DNA of 64,000 nt from a bacterium. GTDB taxonomy: Bacteria > Patescibacteriota > Minisyncoccia > Phycocordibacterales > CAIZIN01. Each line of letters begins with the position of its first letter. The stretch's first letter is position 1. This document shows positions 28,157-38,793 of the stretch, in pieces. The notes beneath the pieces are model-generated. The model was not told the DNA's origin and did no database searches. It saw only the letters and a program-made list of their open reading frames with translations. Both the position numbers and the translations under genes were made by a program. The DNA lies in the NCBI GenBank assembly GCA_031409775.1, contig JANNXY010000042.1, positions 165 to 64,164 on the forward strand, given 5' to 3'.

Positions 28157-28426
28157 ATGAAAAAACCTGTTTGGCTTATTAAACTCCTACATTTTTGGGT
28201 AAAATTTATTGGTGGGATTGAGGGAGACGCATCATACTTTTACGAAAAAGTTCCTTGTGCTGATGGATTCCATCATACAGAATTCACAATATTTTGTTCA
28301 GGTACTACAAAGGAAGCAGAGGCCTATCCATCCTCAAACTTTGACCTGATTTCCGAAAAGGACAAAGAACTGATAAGAGACTTTGTCACCAAGCTTGGTT
28401 TCAAACTTAAGCAACAGTCAAAATAA
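28157..28426 (+). CDS. hypothetical small protein (89 aa)
   Basis: Intact ORF between divergent mraZ and lysK regions; no motifs. Confidence 0.3.
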   Translation: MKKPVWLIKLLHFWVKFIGGIEGDASYFYEKVPCADGFHHTEFTIFCSGTTKEAEAYPSSNFDLISEKDKELIRDFVTKLGFKLKQQSK

Positions 28427-28443
28427 ATAATGACTGATTTTAT

Positions 28444-30024
28444 TTAAACCACTTCCTTAAATCTCTTGATTAGAAATTCGCGGTCGAGGACAGAGAGGAA
28501 CCAGCCGGCCTTGGGACCAGAAGATTTTCCTAGAATGGAGAGGTAGATCGCGGAGAAGAATTCTTTGGGTTCGATTTGAAGACTTTCTTTGATCTCATGA
28601 AGCTTGGTGTGGAATGCCTGGCCTTCGATAGACTGATTCGCCTCGATGAATTCTACGAGCAGAGTAAGTGCCTGTTTCTGGATATCAGAGAAGTTCTTTG
28701 CACTTTCTGGTACTTCCTTTTTAATTTCGAATTTATATTCCTCGGGAGCGAATTCTGCAATCCATTTCTGTACATATGTGATACGGTGAAGCAATTCTTT
28801 CTTGTCTTCGTCGGTGAGAGTAATTTCTTGGAGTTTTTCAATTTCCTTTACTGGATCCAAATGCGGCATCTGGGAAATGAATGCGACAGTTGAAAACCTC
28901 GGCAAATGCCTCTCGGTAATATTGCCCTGATCCTCTGGCTTATGCGATAGGTAAAAGGCGCGGGTGAAATCGTCTTTAACACCTCCGAAATACTTTTTCG
29001 CGTAAGTATCGTAGTTATCAAATAGAATTGGCACGGTATCTCCTGCCGGATCGAATTCGAGGACCTTCATTGGTTCTTTGTATATAAGTAAAAATCTAAA
29101 TAACTCTGCAGGGAGTAAATCTGCAATCTCTCGCGATGATGACCCAGCACCTTTGGAACTGGACATTTTCTTGCCACCGACTTGAAAGAATTCATAAGGA
29201 ATGTTAAATGGTGGCTCAACACCGAACACTTCGCGAGCGATGGTATCTGCGACTTCCCTTGCACCACCTTTGGTCGAGTGATCCTTGCCGCCTCCCTCTA
29301 CATGGACTCCGATTATCTTGAACTTGGCAGCCCATTCTACCTTCCACGGAAGCTTGGCACGACCATCAAACGGAGATATCCTGCCCTGCTTGCCACATCC
29401 CGTGGCCCATTTGACGAAGTCACCACATGTATACTCGACTGTCTCCCCGTCCCAGTTTCGAGCCTTGGTAGTCCCCACCTTGCCACACTGCTCACATACC
29501 ACAGAAAGCGCGAGCCAATCATCAGCACGAACTGAGCCAGAAATTCTCTTGTAAATTTCTCGGATCTTGTCTGCATTATCTAGAGCGAGCCTGATAGCTT
29601 CGTTATATTTACCAGACTTGTACAATTCACTAGATCGGTAGAATTCCGGATAGAATCCTGTATCAGTTATCACCTGCATGAACTCGCTCGCGAAATATTC
29701 TGCATAGTTGGTTGCTATCGCATCAGGAGACGGGACGTTGCACAGAGGCTTGCCCATGTGCTCTCTGAATTTATTTTCATCCAGATACACCGGCAATCCA
29801 TCCATCGGATCATAGTCGTTGATTTCGTAAAGGAATTTGTGAAAGATTCCTTTCTCCTTTAGCACCTCATCGATCATGCCATGTATTGCAACACCTCGCA
29901 TCGATCCTACATGTACGCGACCAGAGGCGGTCTTCTCGTCACGTATGACAAGAGGCTTGCCGCTCTTTATAACAGCGTCAAAATGCTTTTCTATTTCCGA
30001 TCCTATTCGGTCGGTCCAAAACAT
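28444..30024 (-). CDS. lysK: lysyl-tRNA synthetase, class I (LysK type)
   Basis: HVGS (HIGH-like) at RVHVGSMRG and KMSSSKG signature typical of class I LysRS; 526 aa. Confidence 0.85.
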   Translation of the reverse strand: MFWTDRIGSEIEKHFDAVIKSGKPLVIRDEKTASGRVHVGSMRGVAIHGMIDEVLKEKGIFHKFLYEINDYDPMDGLPVYLDENKFREHMGKPLCNVPSPDAIATNYAEYFASEFMQVITDTGFYPEFYRSSELYKSGKYNEAIRLALDNADKIREIYKRISGSVRADDWLALSVVCEQCGKVGTTKARNWDGETVEYTCGDFVKWATGCGKQGRISPFDGRAKLPWKVEWAAKFKIIGVHVEGGGKDHSTKGGAREVADTIAREVFGVEPPFNIPYEFFQVGGKKMSSSKGAGSSSREIADLLPAELFRFLLIYKEPMKVLEFDPAGDTVPILFDNYDTYAKKYFGGVKDDFTRAFYLSHKPEDQGNITERHLPRFSTVAFISQMPHLDPVKEIEKLQEITLTDEDKKELLHRITYVQKWIAEFAPEEYKFEIKKEVPESAKNFSDIQKQALTLLVEFIEANQSIEGQAFHTKLHEIKESLQIEPKEFFSAIYLSILGKSSGPKAGWFLSVLDREFLIKRFKEVV

Positions 30025-30034
30025 TTTTTTAACA

Positions 30035-30499
30035 TTAGGCTATATCGATAACTTTGTAATTTACTTCACCTTTGGGAGTATTGAATGTGAATGCTTCGCC
30101 TTTCTTTTTGCCCATGAGAGCTGCACCTAGAGGAGATACGTATGAGATCTTGCCTTCGGCGGTGTTGGTCTCCTCGGATCCGACGATTTTAAAAACTTTC
30201 TTTTCTTTGTCGCCTTCTTTCTGAGCTGTTACAGTAGAACCTATTTCTACTTTCTCGCTATGATGGAGGGCCATTATGACAGCGGATTTGAGTAGGTTCT
30301 CGAGCTTCATTATGCGCTCCTCTGTAGATGCCTGGAGCTCGCGAGCCTGTTGGTATTCGGCGTTCTCTGATAAATCCCCCAGGCTTTTGGCATATTCTAG
30401 GGATTCTGCGATTTCTTTGCGCTTGCTGGATTTGAGCACTTCTAGCTCCGCTCTTAGCTCTTCAAATTTTTCTTTTGTTAGGTATTCTTTATCGTTCAT
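30035..30499 (-). CDS. greA: transcription elongation factor GreA
   Basis: 154 aa; N-terminal coiled-coil and C-terminal FKBP-like domain typical of GreA. Confidence 0.9.
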   Translation of the reverse strand: MNDKEYLTKEKFEELRAELEVLKSSKRKEIAESLEYAKSLGDLSENAEYQQARELQASTEERIMKLENLLKSAVIMALHHSEKVEIGSTVTAQKEGDKEKKVFKIVGSEETNTAEGKISYVSPLGAALMGKKKGEAFTFNTPKGEVNYKVIDIA

Positions 30500-30585
30500 G
30501 TTGTTTTATTAAATATAAAAATGTCTGGTTATTATACACGAAAATGAAGTTTTTACAAATTTGATGAGATTGACACAATCTAGTT

Positions 30586-32247
30586 TTAATTGTCAAAATA
30601 TTCTGGTGTATTTATATTCATCCAGTCTACGAGCTGGCGCATAACAAACACCGCTCCTACTGTGTTGGATCTAGGACCCTGCTCCATCATAACTACGAAT
30701 GCGTATTTGGGATTATCATACGGCCAGAAGCCTTCATTCCAAGAATTTACCTTGGCCTTGGTAGTTCCGAGCTCTGCTGTACCAGTCTTCCCCGCAATCT
30801 CTACATAAGGCACATTGAGAGCTTTGGCGGTACCGATGAGTGCTCCCTGCCTCATTCCTTCTCTTATAATCTTTAGGTTTCCTGGATTGACCCCTAGATC
30901 TGTAGAGCTAGCTACAGTACTACTAGCCACTCTAAGTATTGTAGGATCTATTAGCTTGCCACCGTTAGCTATCGCTGACACTGCCCTGAGTGCCTGCATA
31001 GGAGTCGCTTGGAATCCGTATTGTCCGATAGAGGTAAAGTAGGTATCCCCAAGTCTCCAGTCATCACCGTCAAAATGCTTTTTCTTCCATTCTGGATTCG
31101 GCACTGTTCCTGACTTGCCTTCGAAGAATCCCACAAGTGGCGAGCCGAACCCAAATAGTCTGTAATATTTGTCGAGTTTGGTAATCCCGAGGCCTTTGAT
31201 ATCTGCGAACCCTCCACCTATTTCATAGAAATACACATTGGATGACAATGCTATCGCTTTGCGCATATCCACTGGACCATGTGCTTTCCAATCATTGAAT
31301 GCTGTACTCTGTGATGGATTATACGGGTTTACTACTTCTATCTTGCCGGTACTAACTATTATTTTGTCCGGTGATATAGTTCCCTCCTCCAGTGCACCTA
31401 GTGCGACATATGGCTTCACGATTGACCCAGGTGTATACAACCCATGGTTAAGTCGACTCAGAAATAGGTTCCTGGGGTCATTGAAATACTCTTTTATCTT
31501 TGCACTATCACTACCCTCTGTCATCACTGACGAGCTGAATTCTGGATAACTAGTAAATGCCACGAGCTCTCCAGTATGGACATTCATAATAGCAGCTGCT
31601 CCACCAGAGAACCCGATATCATCTGACAATTTCTCCATATATTCATATAGCTTGGCCTGGATACGCGAATCCACAGATAGTTTAAGTGTTTCTCCATGCT
31701 CTGCTGGTTCTAGTACATTCTCGGATACTACTTTACCAAGTGCATCTGTCTCTGTGATCTTGATACCGTTTTTACCTTGGAGTATATAGTCATAATATTG
31801 CTCCGAACCAGTCTTACCTTTGAGCTCATGGTCAAAGTAGATGCCCTTCTTGTCCTTCTTGGGATAGCTTATATACCCGAGTAGCTGACTGAAGCCAGAT
31901 GTCGTAGTGTATACCCTGGTGTTAAACAGCTCGCCCTCACGCGGTGTGTTCCATGCGAGTAGCACATCATTGCGATCAACTATCGTACCTCTTTCGGCAA
32001 ATACAATATCGTTGTTGAGTCTGTTGTTCTCGCTAATTTTTGCATAGACTTCACCTTTACTTATCTGTAGTGCCCATGCTCTAGAAACGAAAAATAGTCC
32101 AAAAAAAAGAAAAAGTAACCCTATAAATAAAATGGTTCTACGAGGGATACTTTTCTCCATTCTACCCTCGAACTGGTTGTCATCGAACCTTGGTAGGTTG
32201 CGTGCATCCATAAATATTTCGTCTGGGAATACTTCGTGATTCTTCAT
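30586..32247 (-). CDS. mrdA: penicillin-binding protein 2 (elongasome transpeptidase MrdA)
   Basis: SIVKP (SxxK), SSN and KTGTA motifs; directly downstream of mreBCD. Confidence 0.85.
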   Translation of the reverse strand: MKNHEVFPDEIFMDARNLPRFDDNQFEGRMEKSIPRRTILFIGLLFLFFGLFFVSRAWALQISKGEVYAKISENNRLNNDIVFAERGTIVDRNDVLLAWNTPREGELFNTRVYTTTSGFSQLLGYISYPKKDKKGIYFDHELKGKTGSEQYYDYILQGKNGIKITETDALGKVVSENVLEPAEHGETLKLSVDSRIQAKLYEYMEKLSDDIGFSGGAAAIMNVHTGELVAFTSYPEFSSSVMTEGSDSAKIKEYFNDPRNLFLSRLNHGLYTPGSIVKPYVALGALEEGTISPDKIIVSTGKIEVVNPYNPSQSTAFNDWKAHGPVDMRKAIALSSNVYFYEIGGGFADIKGLGITKLDKYYRLFGFGSPLVGFFEGKSGTVPNPEWKKKHFDGDDWRLGDTYFTSIGQYGFQATPMQALRAVSAIANGGKLIDPTILRVASSTVASSTDLGVNPGNLKIIREGMRQGALIGTAKALNVPYVEIAGKTGTAELGTTKAKVNSWNEGFWPYDNPKYAFVVMMEQGPRSNTVGAVFVMRQLVDWMNINTPEYFDN

Positions 32248-32522
32248 TACCTTCTCATTTTATCCTTTATTATTGATATAGCAAAATACGTGATTATGAA
32301 GCCTAGATACCATAACAAATGAATCTTTTCGAGCCTACCAAATGAGTTGATAGATACAAATAGTGCAAACAGCATCAGTCCCTCGATCCAAGCATCGATC
32401 AGGATGAGGCCTACGGCAATCAGGGTGAGTGGGAACACCCACGGCAGAAGCAGTATAGATAATATGATTGCGATATCAAATGTTATCCGTGATAATTTCT
32501 GCATTATTTTAATATTACCCAT
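32247..32522 (-). CDS. mreD: rod shape-determining protein MreD-like small membrane protein
   Basis: 91 aa, 3-4 TM helices, located between mreC and mrdA with overlapping start/stop. Confidence 0.55.
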   Translation of the reverse strand: MGNIKIMQKLSRITFDIAIILSILLLPWVFPLTLIAVGLILIDAWIEGLMLFALFVSINSFGRLEKIHLLWYLGFIITYFAISIIKDKMRR

Positions 32523-33205
32523 TTGATAGAAGAGGTAGTTTCAGGTAAACTAACATATATCTTCTGTAATGTAGCCTCACCTTCGGCTTCAACTGATTCG
32601 ACGATTCCTATTATGTATAACTCTCTCTCCCTACTATATACAGTGTCACCGACTTTTACATTTATATCGCGTGGTAAATCTGCAACGAATTTACCATTAC
32701 CTTGGCCTTTGAGAAATACTTCTGAACCATTTATATCTGCGTGTGTAGTAATATCCGGTGAAGTAATCATGGTGACTATAGAGAAATCTCTGAACACTTC
32801 TGTCACATTACCGACAAACATTTCTGCTTTGTAAGCTTGGTTCCCTACCACAACACCGTGCATATCACCACGATCTATCACGAGCTTGTCATACATTGTA
32901 AATGGAGGTCTACGAGTTATCTTGCTAAGGATTCCAGTACTAGTCGGTGCTGTTTCTAGCTGTGCTATAGAATCATATTGCTCTGACTTGACCAGTAGAC
33001 TTCGCAGTGTAAGCCCTGTGTCGCCATTATTTGTTTTACCAAATAAATTCGACTCAGTGAACCAGACAGGGTTTATAGTGCTGATTATGGCTGGTGCTAG
33101 TATGTAGAGTAGTGCGATCACACATATCACCAGTGTCACAACGACAGCTTTGGAAGTGATAGATTGAGTATTTCTTTTCTTATTGAATCCTGACTGGTAA
33201 TTCAT
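32504..33205 (-). CDS. mreC: rod shape-determining protein MreC
   Basis: N-terminal TM, coiled-coil, and beta-rich C-terminal domain; follows mreB. Confidence 0.75.
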   Translation of the reverse strand: MNYQSGFNKKRNTQSITSKAVVVTLVICVIALLYILAPAIISTINPVWFTESNLFGKTNNGDTGLTLRSLLVKSEQYDSIAQLETAPTSTGILSKITRRPPFTMYDKLVIDRGDMHGVVVGNQAYKAEMFVGNVTEVFRDFSIVTMITSPDITTHADINGSEVFLKGQGNGKFVADLPRDINVKVGDTVYSRERELYIIGIVESVEAEGEATLQKIYVSLPETTSSIKWVILK

Positions 33206-34247
33206 CTTCGTTTTGAATTAGAACGTCTTTGTAATCTTCTAGGTTCTCTAGGATTATACCCGTACCCCTAGCCACTGCAGTGAGTGGGTCCTCGGCAATA
33301 AATACTGGAATCTGGAGATGCTCATGCAGGAGCTCGTCTAGACCCTTGATAAGTGCTCCTCCACCTGTGAGGTGCACACCCCGATACATTATATCTGATA
33401 AGATCTCTGGTGGCGTGTTCTCTAGCACCTCCTTGGCTGCTTCTACCAGGGTATCTATCGACTGGCCCATCGCCTCTCGTATGTCTGCATCGGTTATCAC
33501 AACCTCTTTGGGTAGACCGGTGACCAGATCCCGACCCCGTACAGCGATCTCTAGTGTATCTGACTTGGGTATTACTCTGCCTATTCCCATCTTTATCCTC
33601 TCTGCAGTTCTCTCGCCCATGAGTATCTTTAGTTCATTTCTAATATAAGAAATAATATCACTGTTGAATTTGTCCCCTGCGATTTTTAGGTTTTTTGATC
33701 TTACAATTCCACCTAGCGAAATTACTGCTATGTCAGTTGTACCTCCACCGATGTCTATCACCATGTTACCCACAGGTTCTTTGACAGGGAGTCTGATACC
33801 TATCGCAGCTGCCATAGGCTCCTCTACGATATGTACTTCGCGCGCGCCGGCTGACCGCGTAGCGTCACGCACGGCGCGCGTCTCTACGTTGGTGACACCA
33901 GACGGAACACCTACTACAACGCGTGGTCCGAACAATTTCTTCTGACCTTCTTGGACCTTGTTGAGTAGATAAGACATCATTTCCTCTGTTATCTCGTAGT
34001 CAGATATCACTCCGTCGATGAGCGGGTGTACTGCTGTGATGTGTCCCGGGGTTCTACCCAGCATCATCTTGGCTTCCATACCTACAGCGACAACTCGGCC
34101 TGTTTTCTGATTTATCGCCACGACAGATGGCTCGTTGATCACCACTCCTTTGCCGGGAATATAAACCAGAGTGTTCGCTGTACCGAGATCGATTCCGATG
34201 TCGTTGGAGAATTTGGCGTAGAATTTTTCGAAAAAGTTAGAGAACAT
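33180..34247 (-). CDS. mreB: rod shape-determining actin homolog MreB
   Basis: Actin-fold phosphate motifs (IGIDLGTANTLVY; DIGGGTTD); 355 aa. Confidence 0.95.
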   Translation of the reverse strand: MFSNFFEKFYAKFSNDIGIDLGTANTLVYIPGKGVVINEPSVVAINQKTGRVVAVGMEAKMMLGRTPGHITAVHPLIDGVISDYEITEEMMSYLLNKVQEGQKKLFGPRVVVGVPSGVTNVETRAVRDATRSAGAREVHIVEEPMAAAIGIRLPVKEPVGNMVIDIGGGTTDIAVISLGGIVRSKNLKIAGDKFNSDIISYIRNELKILMGERTAERIKMGIGRVIPKSDTLEIAVRGRDLVTGLPKEVVITDADIREAMGQSIDTLVEAAKEVLENTPPEILSDIMYRGVHLTGGGALIKGLDELLHEHLQIPVFIAEDPLTAVARGTGIILENLEDYKDVLIQNEDELPVRIQ

Positions 34248-34248
34248 A

Positions 34249-35490
34249 TTATGATAGCCATTCGATTATTTCTGTCATAGATTTGACCACGGTCTTGCCT
34301 GTCTGGCGATTCTTTACCTCTACTGCATCCTGATGCGACTTCTTGCCAACTATTATCTGATACGGGATACCGATGAGGTCTGCATCAGCGAATTTCTCCC
34401 CCGCTCTCACGCCCTCGCGGTCGTCATAAAGCACTGCACCATCGAGCTCTTTGTAAATATCATCTGCCAAGGACTTAACAGTTTGCTCCTCTGGTGACAG
34501 ACAGAGCAGATGTGCTCTAAATGGAGCGACAGATTCTGGCCAGACAATACCTTTTTCGTCTGACAGAACTTCGACAATAGTACCCATGAGTCTAGTAATA
34601 CCGATGCCATATGAACCCATGATCACTGGTATCTGCTCACCTTTCTCGTCTTTGTAATTTAAATCTAGCTTGTCAGAAAACTTTGTACCTAGGTTAAATA
34701 TATTTCCAACTTCGATAGATTTCTTCTCTATCAATTTGCTAGTATCGATCCCGAGCTTCTCGCCAATACCTGACTCCATAACTTCTTGGTTTATAGAGAT
34801 TCCTTTCTCTGTATCTACAAACACTGTGTCTTCTCCTGCATCAGAAATAGTCTGGAACTCATCAGAGAATTCGCTAAATATTCCACCAGAGGCAAATGTT
34901 TTCATAGTGATGCCACCTAACCCAGCTCTCGCAAATACTTTCATATACGCTTCGCTTGCTTTCTCATAAAACTCTGCATGTTCGGTATCTGTTCTGGAGA
35001 ATGAATATAGATCCTTCATCAAGAATTCTTTGCCGCGCATGATGCCGGATTTGGCTCGCAATTCATTGCGAAATTTGGTTTGGAATTGGTAAGCGTATTT
35101 AGGCAGGTCTCGATACGACTGGATATACTCAGCCATGATCGCTGTGAGTGGCTCCTCGTGGGTGATACCAAGCCCTGTCTCACCACCGGATTTGAACTCA
35201 GTCTTGAACCAATTATCGACAACAGCGTCATTCCACCTGCCGGTGCGCTCCCAAGTTTCTTTGTTCTGAAGTGCTGTGAGTGATATCTCCTGTCCACCGA
35301 TATTGTTCATTTCTTCTCTCACAATATTTTTCAAATTATCTATTACCTTTAATCCTAATGGCAAATACGAATAAACTCCGGCCATTTCCTTGTGCACATA
35401 GCCTGCACGTATGAGTAATTGCGCGTTCTTTGAAACTTCATCGGCTGGAGCCTCCTTCCTGGTCTTTGTAAATAGTTGTGATTGCTTCAT
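34249..35490 (-). CDS. proS: prolyl-tRNA synthetase (class II, short form lacking the INS editing domain)
   Basis: Typical bacterial ProRS N-terminus (MKQSQLFTKTRKEAPADEVSKNAQLLIRAGYV) but only 413 aa. Confidence 0.85.
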   Translation of the reverse strand: MKQSQLFTKTRKEAPADEVSKNAQLLIRAGYVHKEMAGVYSYLPLGLKVIDNLKNIVREEMNNIGGQEISLTALQNKETWERTGRWNDAVVDNWFKTEFKSGGETGLGITHEEPLTAIMAEYIQSYRDLPKYAYQFQTKFRNELRAKSGIMRGKEFLMKDLYSFSRTDTEHAEFYEKASEAYMKVFARAGLGGITMKTFASGGIFSEFSDEFQTISDAGEDTVFVDTEKGISINQEVMESGIGEKLGIDTSKLIEKKSIEVGNIFNLGTKFSDKLDLNYKDEKGEQIPVIMGSYGIGITRLMGTIVEVLSDEKGIVWPESVAPFRAHLLCLSPEEQTVKSLADDIYKELDGAVLYDDREGVRAGEKFADADLIGIPYQIIVGKKSHQDAVEVKNRQTGKTVVKSMTEIIEWLS

Positions 35491-35868
35491 GCATGTATTC
35501 TACTTGAAATTACCATATCCTCCAAACCCTTGACACTTCCGTTGTTTATTTATAATATAATTTTCAGTATGTCTATCCTACAACTTGTTCTTTTCCTTTT
35601 AGCTATCATCGGCTTTTCATTTGGATTTATCTTCTTGATTGGTGCATTAATTGATGGAGCAATATTTCCACTTTGTATCCCTAGTTGGTTATTTGGAATT
35701 TCCTTCTGGGAATTCTTGTGGTCTACAAAAGACCCTGAACCCACTACACACATACTCATTGGATCAGTCCTGTTTGTATTATTTTTATTCGGACTTTTCA
35801 CCTGTATATTCATTTACAACCAAGAGCGAATAAAAAATTTTCTGAGTGAACAGTTTGATTCATGGTAA
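35482..35868 (+). CDS. small integral membrane protein (hypothetical)
   Basis: 128 aa with 3-4 hydrophobic helices; no homology. Confidence 0.3.
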   Translation: MLHACILLEITISSKPLTLPLFIYNIIFSMSILQLVLFLLAIIGFSFGFIFLIGALIDGAIFPLCIPSWLFGISFWEFLWSTKDPEPTTHILIGSVLFVLFLFGLFTCIFIYNQERIKNFLSEQFDSW

Positions 35869-35932
35869 GATCTGCTGCACAATCGCGAATTAATTCGTGG
35901 TTTTTTTATTTCAACAACCTCGCTACATCATC

Positions 35933-37063
35933 CTATTTATTAAACATTGCAACATATTGGTACAATTCAAAAGATCGGTTTCTTGAAAAACCCGTTTTTT
36001 CTTTTAAGATCCCTTTTTCAACAAATTCCTCAATAAGTCGATTTGCTGTTATAAACACAACACCTAGTTCATGCGCTATCTGATTCACACCCATTATTGG
36101 CTGTGAAAAAAGTCTAAGTAATAATTTTTGTCCCAGTGGAGCACGCCTGCCCATTGTCATTATTTTTTTCTCATATTCTTGTCGTAGAGTTACTATATTT
36201 TCCAAAGTCTCTTTGCCTTTCGTTGCAGTACTGATAACCCCAGATAGAAAAAACTTTATCCATTGCTCTACACTATTTGATGAACGTACTAGAGTCAATG
36301 AGTCATAATATGAACCCTTATTTTTTGCAAAAAAGTCAGAGAGATAAAGCGTTGGACGTTGTAATACCCCACCTTCTACTAATTGAAGTGTGACCAACAA
36401 TCGTCCAATTCTCCCGTTACCATCCAAGAAAGGATGGATGGTTTCAAACTGATAGTGACTTATAGCCATTTTTAATAATATTGGTATTTCTAGTTGCTTG
36501 TTATGCCAAAATTTTTGCAGATCGGAAAGCAATTCTTCCACTTCAGTGGGGTGCGGTGGGATAAAGAAGGCATCTTTCAGACTCGATCCTCCAATCCAAT
36601 TTTGACTTTTTCTAATTTCGCCAGGGGTTCTGTGTTCACCGCGAACACCGGATAAAAGAATTTTGTGAGCAGATTTCAACAATCTCATAGACAAAGGTAG
36701 ATTCTCGAGTTCTTTTATCGAATGGTTTATTGCTTGGATATAGTTTTGCACCTCTCTCCAGTCATCTCTACGCTCTGGTTCAATATCTTCTTTCGGGGAG
36801 AGTATTTCATCTATCCCAGTCTTAGTTCCTTCAATACGACTAGATGTTATTGCCTCTTTGGCAATATGCATCTTGATAAAATAGTCCACATCAGGAACGA
36901 GTGTTGAGTAAGCATTGAGTTCACCTAAAAGCCTCATTGCCTCGGAAAGCAAAATATCAATCTTTTTATCTTCCCATTCAAATGGTTTATTAATCAGAAA
37001 AGGACTAAAGCACTTATATTCCAACTGCTGCTTATATATACCCGCTTTAAATGTTTGCTTCAT
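35933..37063 (-). CDS. Fic/DOC family protein (putative AMPylator) with N-terminal inhibitory motif and C-terminal winged helix
   Basis: Fic active-site motif [13 protein letters not shown]-terminal SxxxEG ([11 protein letters not shown]) inhibitory-helix motif, i.e. a class II Fic layout. Confidence 0.85.
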   Translation of the reverse strand: MKQTFKAGIYKQQLEYKCFSPFLINKPFEWEDKKIDILLSEAMRLLGELNAYSTLVPDVDYFIKMHIAKEAITSSRIEGTKTGIDEILSPKEDIEPERRDDWREVQNYIQAINHSIKELENLPLSMRLLKSAHKILLSGVRGEHRTPGEIRKSQNWIGGSSLKDAFFIPPHPTEVEELLSDLQKFWHNKQLEIPILLKMAISHYQFETIHPFLDGNGRIGRLLVTLQLVEGGVLQRPTLYLSDFFAKNKGSYYDSLTLVRSSNSVEQWIKFFLSGVISTATKGKETLENIVTLRQEYEKKIMTMGRRAPLGQKLLLRLFSQPIMGVNQIAHELGVVFITANRLIEEFVEKGILKEKTGFSRNRSFELYQYVAMFNK

Positions 37064-37119
37064 ATGTGTAATTATAGTTTTTTATATTTACACTTTAGCA
37101 TATATATGTAAATAAGCAA

Positions 37120-38217
37120 CTACTTTAGGAGTCTTGCCACATCTCCCCAAGTGATCACGAGCATGAGCGTTATAAGTAGGAGAAAGCCGATGCCGTTTAT
37201 GTAGCCTTGGATCCGTGCAGGAACTTTGCGCCTGGATACTGCTTCTATAAGCACTACGAAGAGTCTACCGCCATCGAGCGCTGGAAATGGTACAAGGTTT
37301 ATCACTGCAAGGTTGATAGATATAAGCGCTGTAAACCCGAGTAGGTAGAGTACACCAAACTGTGACGCATCCCCTACCATCCCGACAATTCCTACTGGAC
37401 CTGTGACAGAGTCGAGACTCGCCTGTCCACGAAAGCTCTGTAAGACGAGTTTACCGAGCCCAACAAATGTATCGCGGAATATTTGCAACGTCATCTTGCC
37501 ACCCTCAAATATCGCCTGGAAGAATGGATATCGTATAACCCCCACCGTACTCATGCTGATACCGATTGCTGGTGAACCCTCTACAATACCTGCTACTGGC
37601 ACTACTTCTACAGTACGGACATCACCACCTTTCTCTAGCTCTAGAGTGACTGGAGTATCTATCCACGCAGACTTGATCACGTTCTTTACGTCTTCTACAT
37701 TACGAGGTTCTACTAATGTGGTAGTGTTGCGCGCACGCAGTATCACATCACCGGACTTGATCATAGCTAGATCTGCTGGACTGCCTGGCGAGACCTGTAG
37801 GATCATGACCTGCGGATCCTGCACAGGAACAGTAGACATGTCATCGAGTGCTGTCGGATAGCCGAACATGAACGCTACTGCAACGAGCATCCAAGCAAAG
37901 ATGATGTTGAAAGTTACGCCTGCAATGAGCACAGCGGCCTGCACATACCATGGCTTGTGGGACATGTTGCGGGAACGGTCATGGTCGTCTTTGTTATCTA
38001 GGTCTGGATTCTCGCCATGGATGCGGACAAATCCACCAAATGGAACTATATTGAGTGAATACACAGTCTCGCCACGCTTCCAGGAGAATAGCTTCGGTGG
38101 GAATCCTAGTGCGAATTCTGTGACTTTGATTTTGAAAAACTTGGCAACAGAGAAATGCCCTAGCTCATGAACAAACACCAACACCAACAGTATGATTATA
38201 AATAGTAATATAGACAT
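37120..38217 (-). CDS. rseP: site-2 protease RseP (M50 zinc metalloprotease with PDZ domain)
   Basis: HELGH HExxH motif in the first TM region, a central PDZ-like domain, and the C-terminal LDGG motif. Confidence 0.85.
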   Translation of the reverse strand: MSILLFIIILLVLVFVHELGHFSVAKFFKIKVTEFALGFPPKLFSWKRGETVYSLNIVPFGGFVRIHGENPDLDNKDDHDRSRNMSHKPWYVQAAVLIAGVTFNIIFAWMLVAVAFMFGYPTALDDMSTVPVQDPQVMILQVSPGSPADLAMIKSGDVILRARNTTTLVEPRNVEDVKNVIKSAWIDTPVTLELEKGGDVRTVEVVPVAGIVEGSPAIGISMSTVGVIRYPFFQAIFEGGKMTLQIFRDTFVGLGKLVLQSFRGQASLDSVTGPVGIVGMVGDASQFGVLYLLGFTALISINLAVINLVPFPALDGGRLFVVLIEAVSRRKVPARIQGYINGIGFLLLITLMLVITWGDVARLLK

Positions 38218-38218
38218 A

Positions 38219-38770
38219 TTAGTTCATTATTTCTTTCTCTTTCTTGTCGAAGTGCGTATCGAACGTAGAATTCGATTCTGTAACGAGCTTGTCTACTTCT
38301 GTCTTGTGTCTCATCGCTTCGTCTTCACTAATTTCGCTATCTTTTTTCTTGGTATCTATCAATGCGTTAATTTTATTGCGTTCCTGACGTAACTCGACAC
38401 GGGCTTCTTCGAGCTTTTCTTTGACTATCTTTACGAGTGCACTCCTGCGGTCACCTGTGAGCTCTGGGAAGAATAGTCGTAGACCTTTCTCATCTATTGC
38501 AGTCGATAATCCCAAGTTGGATACAGATATGGCCTTTTCGATAGATTTCACCAGTGTCATGTCCCATGGTGTTATACGGATGGTTTTGGGATCTTCGACT
38601 GACAGGTTGGCTACCTGGTTAATAGGCATCATGGATCCGTATGCTTCGACAGAAATATTGTCGAGTATCGCGCTTGTAGCACGACCTGTTCTGATACCAG
38701 AAAGCTCTTTGGAGAGCCAGTCAGCTATCTCTGCGATACGCTTTTTAAAAGATGAAAATTCGTTTATCAT
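38219..38770 (-). CDS. frr: ribosome recycling factor
   Basis: 183 aa; canonical RRF sequence. Confidence 0.95.
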   Translation of the reverse strand: MINEFSSFKKRIAEIADWLSKELSGIRTGRATSAILDNISVEAYGSMMPINQVANLSVEDPKTIRITPWDMTLVKSIEKAISVSNLGLSTAIDEKGLRLFFPELTGDRRSALVKIVKEKLEEARVELRQERNKINALIDTKKKDSEISEDEAMRHKTEVDKLVTESNSTFDTHFDKKEKEIMN

Positions 38771-38793
38771 ATAATTAGTATAAAGTATTGAGG

